From NCBI GenBank assembly GCA_034520965.1, contig JAXHMY010000008.1, positions 128,001 to 192,000 of the forward strand: 64,000 nucleotides of DNA. The letters run 5' to 3'. The notes beneath the pieces were generated by a model. It was not told the DNA's origin. It saw only the letters and a list, made by a program, of their open reading frames with translations, and made no database searches. Positions 8,689 through 22,575 of this stretch are shown one piece after another. Origin of the DNA: Spirochaetia bacterium (GTDB taxonomy: Bacteria > Spirochaetota > Spirochaetia > DSM-16054 > Sediminispirochaetaceae). A program made the translations under genes and the position numbers. The number at the start of each line of letters is the position of its first letter. Positions within the stretch are counted from its first letter, which is position 1.

Positions 8689-9495
8689 ATGAACAGGACA
8701 GCCTTACAACCGGTCTCACAACTACATGGAGATGCGCGCAAGATACGTTTTGTGCTTACAGATATTGATGATACTTTGACCGACGAGGGAAAGCTTGCAG
8801 CGGAAACCTACGCCGCATTGTGGGAACTGTATACACAGGGCTTTATTATCATCCCGGTTACGGGCCGTCCCGCCGGCTGGTGCGATATGATAATTCGGCA
8901 ATGGCCGGTCCATGCGGTGGTGGGAGAAAACGGTGCCTTTGTATATTATACGGTACAGGACGGAAGTCTGTCGCGAATTAAAACCCTTTTTCACCCGGAG
9001 ATAGCCCAAAAGGATCCGCAAGGGCAGCTGCAGAAGCTTCGGGAGAAGGTGCTCGCAGAGATACCCGGCACCCGAATAGCAAGGGATCAGCCGGGACGGC
9101 AATTTGATTTAGCGATTGATTTTCGGGAAGATCCCCCTGACCTGGGTTTTGCTGTAGCCGAACAGATTAAGAAACTATGTGAGGCCGAGGGGGCCATGGC
9201 AAAGGTCAGCTCCATCCATGTAAATGCGTGGTACGGGAACTACGACAAATTATCGATGACAAAACATTTTTTTGACACACAGTTCGGTCTCTCCGACGAG
9301 GATATTCGCAGGCAAGTGGTCTTCTGTGGCGATTCTCCAAATGATCAGCCGATGTTCGAGTTTTTTCCCTATTCATGTGGTGTTGCCAATGTCATGAGTA
9401 TGATTGACCACATCTCCTTTCCACCGACTTATGTAACTAAAAAAGCCGGCGGAGCCGGCTTTGTGGAGTTGGCAGAGATTCTGTTGGAAGGTTAA
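8689..9495 (+). CDS. HAD-superfamily hydrolase, subfamily IIB
   Basis: DIDDT (motif I), VTGR, GENG and GDSPND. Confidence 0.88.
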   Translation: MNRTALQPVSQLHGDARKIRFVLTDIDDTLTDEGKLAAETYAALWELYTQGFIIIPVTGRPAGWCDMIIRQWPVHAVVGENGAFVYYTVQDGSLSRIKTLFHPEIAQKDPQGQLQKLREKVLAEIPGTRIARDQPGRQFDLAIDFREDPPDLGFAVAEQIKKLCEAEGAMAKVSSIHVNAWYGNYDKLSMTKHFFDTQFGLSDEDIRRQVVFCGDSPNDQPMFEFFPYSCGVANVMSMIDHISFPPTYVTKKAGGAGFVELAEILLEG

Positions 9496-9496
9496 G

Positions 9497-10543
9497 CTAG
9501 TTATATACCGGCATCAGAAACAAATTCTGTACCACAAACAGCAGAATATAGGCAATCAAGCCGGAGGTGATTGGAGTGGTGACCCATCCGATACTAATCC
9601 TTCCCAGTACTCCAAAGTTGATATTGCGTCCCCCCTTAGCAAGTCCGATCCCGATCACCGCACCAACTACCGCCTGGGAACTGGAGACGGGTACTAGGGG
9701 AAAAGTGGGAAGCCCTCGTGAGGCAAGCCAAAACTCGAGGCTTTCAGAGGCAAATAGAAACAGGACCGCAGAGCTTGCCAGCACTACCACCAGGGCGGCC
9801 ACTGGAGAGAGCTTATACAAATTTGAGCCGACGGTTTCCATCACTTTGTGGGAATAGGTAATAATGCCGGCTGCAATTGCCAGCCCTCCCAATAGAAAGA
9901 GCTTCTGGGCACTGGAAAAGGAAAAATTCAATATTTCGGTTGTCTCGAAGGGGGATATCGACACAAAAACCCCCATTACGTTGGCAATGTTGTTTGCCCC
10001 TAAACTGTAGGCACCGAAAGCACCTACCACGATTAACGCCAAACGGGTGTAGGCATCCAGTCTTATGATGCTGCAGCGCATACGTGAGACTCCGAAGCGG
10101 AAAATATAAAAGAACAGGAAAGCGAATAGAGCCGACAACAGAGGACAGAGCACCCAGGTAGTGACAATTTTGGTGAGTGAGGAATAATTGGTGGGTAGAT
10201 TCGCGTATAGGTTCCATCCTATGATCGCCCCGACAATGGATTGAGAAGTGGATACCGGCAGTTTAAGGCGAGTCATCCAGAGTACTGTTAAAGCGGCGGC
10301 CAGAGCTACCGTAAAGGCCCCGGGAAGGGCATTGACCGCACCCAACTTGCCAAGGGTTTCCGTCGCGCCGGCTCCGCTGATTACTGCACCAAGGATGACG
10401 AAGATGCTTCCAACTATGGCCGCTGTGCGGAACTGGATCATCTTGGTGCCGACGGCAGTGCCGAAGATATTGGCCGCGTCGTTTGCACCGAGTGACCACC
10501 CTAAAAATAGACCGCTTGAGAGTAAAAAAAACAACTGGAACAT
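9497..10543 (-). CDS. Inorganic phosphate transporter (PiT family)
   Basis: GANDAAN, PVSTSQ, GANNIAN and PVSSSQ signature repeats. Confidence 0.93.
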   Translation of the reverse strand: MFQLFFLLSSGLFLGWSLGANDAANIFGTAVGTKMIQFRTAAIVGSIFVILGAVISGAGATETLGKLGAVNALPGAFTVALAAALTVLWMTRLKLPVSTSQSIVGAIIGWNLYANLPTNYSSLTKIVTTWVLCPLLSALFAFLFFYIFRFGVSRMRCSIIRLDAYTRLALIVVGAFGAYSLGANNIANVMGVFVSISPFETTEILNFSFSSAQKLFLLGGLAIAAGIITYSHKVMETVGSNLYKLSPVAALVVVLASSAVLFLFASESLEFWLASRGLPTFPLVPVSSSQAVVGAVIGIGLAKGGRNINFGVLGRISIGWVTTPITSGLIAYILLFVVQNLFLMPVYN

Positions 10544-10551
10544 AACTAACC

Positions 10552-11202
10552 TCAGATAGACCTTTTGATCGAGTAGACGGATAAGCGTTCGGCAACATCC
10601 TCCGCGTCGTCAGCTAAGCCGGAGATGTAGGTAACAAAATCTCTCAGCTGTAATTTTTCAGCCAGACTGCCTATTTCCTCGGAGCGAAAAATGATTTTTT
10701 TCAATTTCTCCTCGATTCTGTCCGCCTCATGCTCATGGAAATGAACTTTGTGGATATAGTCATGGATGATATTGCTGTTCTTGAAGAAAGCACGGTTTGC
10801 CTTTACTAAACTTGAAAGGGCACTCACCGCAGATTCGGTTAATTTGAGGAAATCCGAGTTGAGGCTGTCCGGTATATTTGGATATTCGATGTCGAAATGG
10901 GAGAGCACCGTTTTGGTTGTGTCAATAACGTTGTCGGAGGTTTCGAGCAGTCCCAGGACATCCCCCCGGGATTCGGGAATCAGCATTTTTGTGTAGAGAT
11001 AGTAGCGTATCTCCCGCCGAAGACTGTCGGCCTCATTTTCCTGTTTATTTATTTGTTCTATTCTACTATGGAACTGTTCGAAATCTCCCCCAAGGTAATC
11101 CTTGATCCCGGCAGTGAAAATAAGTCCCGCCTCGGAAATTTTATCAAAAAACTGTTCGATTTCAGCTTCAATATTTTTGGCTTTGCCAAATAAGATGCTC
11201 AT
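10552..11202 (-). CDS. DUF47 / PhoU-like phosphate transport regulator
   Basis: ENEADSLRR, EHEADRIE and ADDAEDVAERL; immediately upstream of the PiT gene. Confidence 0.9.
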   Translation of the reverse strand: MSILFGKAKNIEAEIEQFFDKISEAGLIFTAGIKDYLGGDFEQFHSRIEQINKQENEADSLRREIRYYLYTKMLIPESRGDVLGLLETSDNVIDTTKTVLSHFDIEYPNIPDSLNSDFLKLTESAVSALSSLVKANRAFFKNSNIIHDYIHKVHFHEHEADRIEEKLKKIIFRSEEIGSLAEKLQLRDFVTYISGLADDAEDVAERLSVYSIKRSI

Positions 11203-11308
11203 TTTTAACTTTCCTCCATTTATTCAAAAAATATCTAAAATAGGCTCCGACAAAACTGCCGGAACCCGTGTAGTACATATCTAAGACTTGCATGTAAAAA
11301 ATAAATAT

Positions 11309-11336
11309 TTAACAGAAAACTAACAAAACACTAATC
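11309..11336. promoter_or_regulatory. Putative Pho box (three direct repeats, 11-bp period)
   Basis: TTAACA 11309, CTAACA 11320 and CTAATC 11331, lying between two divergent phosphorus-uptake operons. Confidence 0.5.
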
Positions 11337-11697
11337 GGTTATACTATCAGATAATGTAGGATTGTCAAATGAGTATAGAAGATTTAAGACCGAAAAAGGT
11401 TTTATTCCCGCATGGACGTGTCTATGGCTTGCTTCAAAGTAGCCATCTTAGCCTTGCATTAGGAAACTGTACTATGATTTATGCACTGATGAATAAGGGA
11501 TCTCATTTGGAAGTATATTCCAAATGTACATAGCTTTAAGATAATCTACTTATGTTAAACAAAGTACATTCGATGGAGATTTTAAAATTTCACATTGCGA
11601 TATGATTGAATAATAAAGTAGTCTAAAAGTTAGTTATTGTTCATAAAGAATTAAAAGCATGCATGTGCTTTTATATATTATTAAGGAGGAAACGAAG

Positions 11698-12688
11698 ATG
11701 AAGAAAATTTTAGCCGTGTCTTTGCTGCTTATGCTAAGCCTGACAGTAGTGTTTGCAGGGGGACAACAGGAGGCAGCAACAGAGGTCGAGGAGTGCACGC
11801 AACCGTGGTCTGCTCGATACAATGTTCTGTGACGAAAATGAAGATTTGGTTGCTGATCTGCCTAAGGATGAGAGTGAATGGGCCGATCCCGATACGCTGA
11901 TCTTTGCCTATACCCCCGTGGAAGACCCGGCGGTATACCTGGATATCTGGAAGCCCTTTATGGATCACCTGTCGGACGTAACCGGACGAAAGGTACGTTT
12001 TTTCTCGGTAGACTCTTACGCCGCTCAGGTAGAGGCTATGCGGGCTGGACGTTTGCACATTGCCGGTATCTCAACCGGACCTACCCCTTTTGCTGTTAAT
12101 TTGGCTGGATATGTTCCGTTTGCCATTATGGGTGGCGAAGATGGAAAGTTTGGTTATACCCTGCAAGTCTATGTACAGGCCGATGGTGATATCTATGAGT
12201 TGTCGGATCTGGCGGGCAAGCGAGTTGCCCATACCAGTCCCACTTCAAACTCCGGAAACATGGCCCCCCAGGCATTATTCCCCGAATACGGTGTAGTACC
12301 TGGCGAAGATTACGAGATCGAATTCTCCGGAAGCCATGAAAACTCCGCCCTCGGAGTGGTAGCCGGCGACTATGATGCGGCACCGGTTGCATCGGAAGTA
12401 GTAGACCGAATGGCCGAACGTGGACTCTTCGATCCTGATGATATCCGGATCGTTTTTGAAACTGAACCCTTTCCCACCACTTCCTACGGCCATGCACACA
12501 ATCTGCATCCCGACCTGGTAGAGAAAGTCAAGGAGGCGTTTCTCTCTTATGATTTCAATGGCACTCCCCTTGGCGAAGAGTTTGGAGTAGATGGTTTTAT
12601 CGAAATTAATTACAAGGATCAGTGGAAACAGATCCGCACAATCCAAGAGCACAACGGTGTTGAATACACCTTTGAAGGTCTTGATTAG
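11698..12688 (+). CDS. phnD: Phosphate/phosphite/phosphonate ABC transporter substrate-binding protein (apparent frameshift near 11798)
   Basis: AAGGAGG RBS; signal peptide MKKILAVSLLLMLSLTVVFAGGQQE joins the frame NRGLLD...YAAQVEAMRAG...TSNSGN...SGSHENS. Confidence 0.85.
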
Positions 12689-12719
12689 GGCTAATCTTTA
12701 GAATAGTCAATGTACATAT

Positions 12720-12760
12720 ACCGGTGTCCCCATCGAAAACTGAAGGGGGCGCCGGTTTTT
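12720..12760 (+). terminator. Intercistronic hairpin with T-tract after phnD
   Basis: ACCGGTGTCCCC...GGGGGCGCCGGT followed by TTTT. Confidence 0.65.
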
Positions 12761-12784
12761 AGAATAATATATATGTGAGGAATT

Positions 12785-13566
12785 ATGCTTGAAATTAAAG
12801 ATCTAGTAAAAAGCTACGGTGCCGGTGAGCCGGTCTTAAAGGGGTTGAACTTTTCCACTGAGGGTAAAAAGCTAACGGCGGTTATCGGCTCCTCCGGGGC
12901 AGGTAAGAGCACCATGTTGCGATGTATCAACCGCTTAGTTACTGCGGATTCGGGGCAGATTATTTTCGAAGGGGTTGATCTACTGAAACTGCAGGGTAAG
13001 GCTTTGCAGAACGCACGTAGACAGATAGGGATGATTTTCCAGGCTTACAATTTGGTGGACCGTTTGACGGTGATGGAGAATGTCCTCTCCGGCCGTCTTG
13101 GATATGTGCCCTTCCTTCAGGGCGCCTTTCGAAAATTCCTCAGGATGATATCGATCACGCCTACCAACTGCTCACACGTGTGGGATTATCGCAGTATGTA
13201 AACCAGCGCTGTGATGAGCTCTCAGGTGGTGAGCGTCAGCGGGTAGGAGTTGCCCGAGCTCTTATGCAGAATCCTCGGATTCTGTTGGCCGATGAACCTA
13301 CCGCTTCTCTGGACCCTAAAACATCCGAACTCATCATGGAACTGATTGCCAATCTCACTGACGAGCTGCATCTTCCGGTTCTAATCAACCTGCATAATGT
13401 TGCGCAGGCCAAGTATTATGCCGCTCGTATCGTCGGACTGCGAAATGGTGTAATGGTTTTTGATGGAAAGCCGGATGAACTGACGGATGAACATCTTGAG
13501 AAGATCTATACCAGTAAGGATGAGCTGAGCGAACAACTGAACCCTGAAATGGAGACTGCAAAATGA
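12785..13566 (+). CDS. phnC: Phosphonate-type ABC transporter ATP-binding protein (apparent 1-nt deletion near 13135)
   Basis: Walker A GSSGAGKS in the first ORF; LSGGERQR and LADEPTASLDP in the second. Adding one base restores RKFPQDDIDHAYQLL. Confidence 0.88.
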
Positions 13567-14384
13567 GTGGAACATCCAATACGGTTTCCGCCAATCAGCA
13601 TTACATGTGGAAAAGGCCGCATTTTATAGAGAGCCTCTGGGTTCGTATCGGCATAATGATTTTGTCGGCTGTCTATTTATTGTACGCCTTCAGTACCCTT
13701 GAGATAGACTTTGAGAGGGTTGCCCGCGGTATTCCCAGGGCTATGCAGATATTCTCCGGAGCTATACCTCCTGATTTTGCTGCCCGAGGCAGTTTGATAG
13801 TCAGCGGTTTCATTGAAAGTATCCAAATAACTTTTCTGGCAACCTTTGTTGGGGTGTTGTTGAGTATCCCCTTCGGTTTCATGGCGGCCCGAAATGTTAC
13901 CATCCTGCCGGTATACGGATTAGGCCGTACAATCGTGATTGTGGCCAGAAGTTTACACCCGGTAGTACTTGGAGTGCTGTTTGTGAAGGCGGTTGGCTTT
14001 GGTGCGGTTGCGGGAGTTTTGACTCTCTTGGTTTACACCATCGGTTTTGTGGGAAAGCTGATTGCCGAGGCTGTAGAAGAGATCAAATATGGACAAATTG
14101 AGGCAATTCGCTCCACAGGAGCCGGTTATTTCACCATTCTCATCTATGCGGTGTTTCCTCAAATCATGCCGAGGTTAATCGGACTGACTATGTATCAGTT
14201 GGATATTAACTTGCGTGCCTCCGCCGTTATTGGTTTGGTAGGTGCCGGTGGAATCGGAAGTACTCTCAATTCAGCCTTTGGTCGCTACGATTATGGAACC
14301 GCATCAGCGATTCTGATCGTCATGATCGGCTTGATCCTGATAGCAGAAACAGTCAGTGGAAAACTGCGGAGGTTTACGAGATGA
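13563..14384 (+). CDS. phnE: Phosphonate-type ABC transporter permease
   Basis: GKLIAEAVEEI, IEAIRSTGA and DINLRASAVIGLVGAGGIG. Confidence 0.9.
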   Translation: MSGTSNTVSANQHYMWKRPHFIESLWVRIGIMILSAVYLLYAFSTLEIDFERVARGIPRAMQIFSGAIPPDFAARGSLIVSGFIESIQITFLATFVGVLLSIPFGFMAARNVTILPVYGLGRTIVIVARSLHPVVLGVLFVKAVGFGAVAGVLTLLVYTIGFVGKLIAEAVEEIKYGQIEAIRSTGAGYFTILIYAVFPQIMPRLIGLTMYQLDINLRASAVIGLVGAGGIGSTLNSAFGRYDYGTASAILIVMIGLILIAETVSGKLRRFTR

Positions 14385-15208
14385 GCAAACTAACATCAGG
14401 ACCACTTAGTGAACTTACAAATGAAAGCTACCATTGGGAGCGTTATACTTTTAAGCAAAAGATAAGCCGCTATGTAGCGTTCTTTGTCGTGGCGGGGCTC
14501 CTACTGTGGACTTTTAACACCATAGATGTGTTCTGGCCATGGGTGTGGTCTGCACCGGAAGAAATCCGGGATATGGTTTCTCGGATGATGCCGCCGAATC
14601 CCTATGCGATACCGAGGATACTGCCTGTTCTGATAGAGACAATCAACATTGCCACTATCGGGACCGTTTTTGCAGTTATAATTTCACTTCCTATCGCGTA
14701 TTTTGGAGCACGTAACGTGTCTCCCAACAAAATAACCCTTGGAATTGCCCGTTTGATTATTGTTGCAACCCGTTCAATTAATACTCTTATTTGGGCCCTA
14801 CTCTTCGTAGCTATTCTGGGACCCGGTCCTATGGCCGGAGTAGTGGCGATCGGCTTTCGCTCTATTGGTTTTATGGGCAAGTTGATAGGGGAGAGCATAG
14901 AAGAGATGGACTGGGGACCTGTGGAGGCCTTGCAGTCATCGGGGTCCTCCCGTGGACACATAATAAGCTATGCGATAGTTCCGCAGGTTATGCCGACCTT
15001 CTGGGCAGTAACCATTCTACGCTGGGACATCAATATTCGTGAGTCTACCGTACTTGGTATGGTGGGTGCCGGCGGTATTGGTATGCTCTTTCAGGTAGCC
15101 ATAGACCTCTTCCGTTGGAATGATGTTTCGATGGTACTGGTATCAATAGTCGTTGTAGTGCTCTTTGGTGAGGTTGTGACAGGCCTCGTACGGCGTAAAT
15201 TGATATAG
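14381..15208 (+). CDS. phnE: Phosphonate-type ABC transporter permease (second copy)
   Basis: GKLIGESIEE and WDINIRESTVLGMVGAGGIG. Confidence 0.9.
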   Translation: MSKLTSGPLSELTNESYHWERYTFKQKISRYVAFFVVAGLLLWTFNTIDVFWPWVWSAPEEIRDMVSRMMPPNPYAIPRILPVLIETINIATIGTVFAVIISLPIAYFGARNVSPNKITLGIARLIIVATRSINTLIWALLFVAILGPGPMAGVVAIGFRSIGFMGKLIGESIEEMDWGPVEALQSSGSSRGHIISYAIVPQVMPTFWAVTILRWDINIRESTVLGMVGAGGIGMLFQVAIDLFRWNDVSMVLVSIVVVVLFGEVVTGLVRRKLI

Positions 15209-15246
15209 GGTTACAAGAAGCTCGATACTGTCGCCTACACGCATTG

Positions 15247-15299
15247 TGCATGCCCCTTTAATGATAAGCTTTTGTCAGAGAGGGGTATGTGTTTTTTTC
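15247..15299 (+). terminator. Rho-independent terminator of the phn operon
   Basis: GCATGCCCCTTT...AGAGGGGTATGT stem followed by a long T-run. Confidence 0.7.
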
Positions 15300-15319
15300 T
15301 CCTTTTTTTCTGGGATGTA

Positions 15320-15527
15320 TTGACAATTTAAGGGCATTCATATACCTTGACACACGTCGCAGGGAAGCAGCGATAACGGCAAAAACAGCAGATTAACTTC
15401 GCTAAACGGGCTGTCACTTAATTGACAGTTTTTTTATGCAGAGTTATACTGAAAGTTCAGCCGAGAAAAGATTTAGCTTCTATTAACCAAAAGCACTTGA
15501 CACGAGTCAGTGTAATTTGGTATAAAT
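15320..15527 (+). promoter_or_regulatory. Tandem sigma70 promoters of the rRNA operon
   Basis: TTGACA-N17-TACCTT (15320), TTGACA-N17-TATACT (15422) and TTGACA-N18-TATAAA (15497). Confidence 0.7.
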
Positions 15528-15568
15528 CTTTCACGGTCGGCGGTACTGAGGTACGGCGGCCGAAGAGA

Positions 15569-15580
15569 AGTTCTTTTACA
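15569..15580 (+). promoter_or_regulatory. boxA-like antitermination element (leader)
   Basis: AGTTCTTTTACA; an identical 12-mer recurs in the 16S-23S spacer at 17493-17504. Confidence 0.6.
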
Positions 15581-15721
15581 GATGAAATAGGGAAGGGGAG
15601 AGAAAAAGAGAGCAGGGTGCAAACCGCCCCGCGAAGCTAAGCCGTAAGGCGAGGTGGAGAGGAGCGAGTTTGAAAGATGAATTAAATAAGACTTTAGCGC
15701 CTTCGGGCGTTGAAGATATAT

Positions 15722-17266
<1,545 letters not shown>

Positions 17267-17366
17267 GCTAAGAAAGGTCAGAGGCGGCTACGTCGGCTGC
17301 CTCGAAGAATTGCCTGTTAGGCCTCTCTGCTCTTAAATATCTCTCCTTCCCTATTTTAATCTGTAA

Positions 17367-17445
<79 letters not shown>

Positions 17446-17591
17446 CTATGCAAGCCAAGGGTCAGGGTTAGATTGCCCTTCCTGGAGCATATAGTTCTTT
17501 TACAAAAGATCGCCGGTCACAGCCGCATGGAAGCGCGGCGCATCAAGATGTGTAGACACGGAGTGACATAGAGAAGGATTACAGGAAAATA

Positions 17592-20576
<2,985 letters not shown>

Positions 20577-20673
20577 TATTTTTCAGTAATCCTTCCCTTT
20601 TCGCTGAGTGGCGAAGGGCTGCCGGCCCGACAGGCTCGGCAGCGAGCACACTCAGCGAGAAGAAAATTATTTA

Positions 20674-20785
<112 letters not shown>

Positions 20786-20798
20786 TATTTTTTTGTCC

Positions 20799-21077
20799 GA
20801 AGGAGAAAAAAATAGCCTGGGAACCCCAGCTGCGTACCGCAGACCACGAGGTGGTCGAGGAACGCAGCGAGCCCGAAGGGAGGCTTTTTTCATTTGAAGG
20901 AGAAAAAAATAGCCTGGGGACCCCAGCTGCGTACCGCAGCACGAAGTGCGAGGAACGCAGCGAGCCCGAAGGGAGGCTTTTTTCATTTGAAGGAGAAAAA
21001 AATAGCCTGGGAACCCCAGCTGCGTACCGCAGCACGAAGTGCGAGGAACGCAGCGAGCCCGAAGGGAGGCTATTTTT
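20799..21077 (+). repeat. Three tandem 93-97-nt structured repeats downstream of 5S rRNA
   Basis: Units start at 20799, 20896 and 20989: GAAGGAGAAAAAAATAGCCTGGGAACCCCAGCTGCGTACCGCA-[hairpin]-GAGGAACGCAGCGAGCCCGAAGGGAGGCT(T/A)TTTT. Confidence 0.95.
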
Positions 21078-21149
21078 ATTTTAAATGTAATAAAATCTTG
21101 AGAAAACAGGTCTCTCCTGCTTACAATGGAGTGTAAAGGGAGGCAACTA

Positions 21150-22007
21150 ATGATAAAAACAATTTTAGCCCCGATAGATGGCTCTCCCGCCGCGTTTTCC
21201 GCATTTCAGTATTCACTTAAGTTGGCGCAAATGTTGGAGGCTGCTGTAGAAGTACTGTTTGTGGTAGACCAGCGTAAAACACAAGTACCGTTTATGTATG
21301 CAGGTGGAGCCTATGATATTACCTACGAGCGCATTTATATCCCCCCTGATCAAGAACTACGCGACTTTTATGAACGAATAAAAGCGGATCTGAATGAGTT
21401 TGCTGCCCGTTGTAATCGACGCTGTCAAGAATTAGCGGAAGGGGCCGGGGTAAGCATCACCACAAAAGTGATTGAAGGTTATCCCGCAGAAGCAATACAG
21501 AACCATGCTTTAGGCGCCGATTTACTTGTATTAGGTCGGGATGGTGAGAATGCGGGAACCAGGCAGGAGACCGTCGGTTCAACTACCGAAGAGCTGGTCC
21601 GTAAATCACCACGTCCGGTGATTGTTTGTCCTGAAGAGTTTTCTGTTCCTAAAAAGGTGCTCTTTCCTTACGATGGAAGTAGAAGTGCAGAAAATTGTCT
21701 TCAATTTTATACTGCCCATTTGAGCTATAAAATACCTAAGCTGATGTTTTTATGCGCCGAATGCGGTGATGAAAGCGAGCCTTATCGAAATGAGATAGAT
21801 TATCTAAATCAGCACAGTGCAGAGGTAAAATTGATTCAACAGGAAGATGGACCTATTAAAGCTATTGATAGCGTAGTGGAGCAGGAGATGCCGGATTTAA
21901 TCATGCTCGGTTCCCACGGGCGCAACAAGCTGGTGGATTATCTGCTTGGATCGACGACAATTCATGTGGTTCGCAAAAGTAATCTGCCTGTGTTGATAGT
22001 CTATTGA
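21150..22007 (+). CDS. Universal stress protein (tandem USP domains)
   Basis: ILAPIDGS, GSTTEELVRKSPRPV, PYDGS and MLGSHGR...LGSTT; GGAGG RBS before ATG 21150. Confidence 0.92.
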   Translation: MIKTILAPIDGSPAAFSAFQYSLKLAQMLEAAVEVLFVVDQRKTQVPFMYAGGAYDITYERIYIPPDQELRDFYERIKADLNEFAARCNRRCQELAEGAGVSITTKVIEGYPAEAIQNHALGADLLVLGRDGENAGTRQETVGSTTEELVRKSPRPVIVCPEEFSVPKKVLFPYDGSRSAENCLQFYTAHLSYKIPKLMFLCAECGDESEPYRNEIDYLNQHSAEVKLIQQEDGPIKAIDSVVEQEMPDLIMLGSHGRNKLVDYLLGSTTIHVVRKSNLPVLIVY

Positions 22008-22077
22008 TACCAAATAGCAGTTAGTATTGCAAATTTGAAGTAACTCGATTATTCTATTCATGTTGCGAGGAGGTGAC

Positions 22078-22560
22078 ATGGCTGACGGCGAAGAAAAACA
22101 GATGCAGCTGGTTACATTCCAACTCGGGGCAGAACTATATGGTATCGATATTATGTCGGTGGACGGTATTGTTCGGGTTGAGGATGTACGGACTATTCCT
22201 AATGCTCCTGCCTATGTTGAGGGGATATTTAACCTGCGTGGAGATATAATCCCGATTATAAATTTACATAAGCGGTTTCATTTGAAACGTGCTGCACTAA
22301 GTGAAGAGGATAAACTGCTAAGCGGATTTATCATAATAGATATCAATGGTATGAAACTGGGAATGGTTATAGATAAGGTTTCGCGGGTTCTTACAGTGGA
22401 TATGAACAAAATGCAGCCGCCTCCTCAGATGATATCCGGGATCGGAGCTGAGTATATTCAGGGAGTTTTTAATCGGGAGGATGGATACCTGATAGTACTT
22501 GATATCCAACGGCTTTTCGATCCAAAAGAGCTCCAGCAACTCGGAGATATCGCAACTTAA
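22078..22560 (+). CDS. cheW: Chemotaxis coupling protein CheW
   Basis: QLVTFQLGAELYGIDI and IPNAPAYVEGIFNLRGDIIPIINL. Confidence 0.95.
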   Translation: MADGEEKQMQLVTFQLGAELYGIDIMSVDGIVRVEDVRTIPNAPAYVEGIFNLRGDIIPIINLHKRFHLKRAALSEEDKLLSGFIIIDINGMKLGMVIDKVSRVLTVDMNKMQPPPQMISGIGAEYIQGVFNREDGYLIVLDIQRLFDPKELQQLGDIAT

Positions 22561-22575
22561 TTTATTGGAGAGCCA

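Noticed and set aside
11534..11560. Chromosomal dif site
   Set aside because: The spacer is 5 nt, and the downstream rRNA operon and almost all genes run on the + strand, which does not fit a replication terminus here. Kept only as a palindrome finding.
20799..21077. CRISPR array, or the short ORFs overlapping the repeats
   Set aside because: Units are ~95 nt with no unique spacers and no cas genes in the window. The ORFs are just translations of the repeat in several frames.
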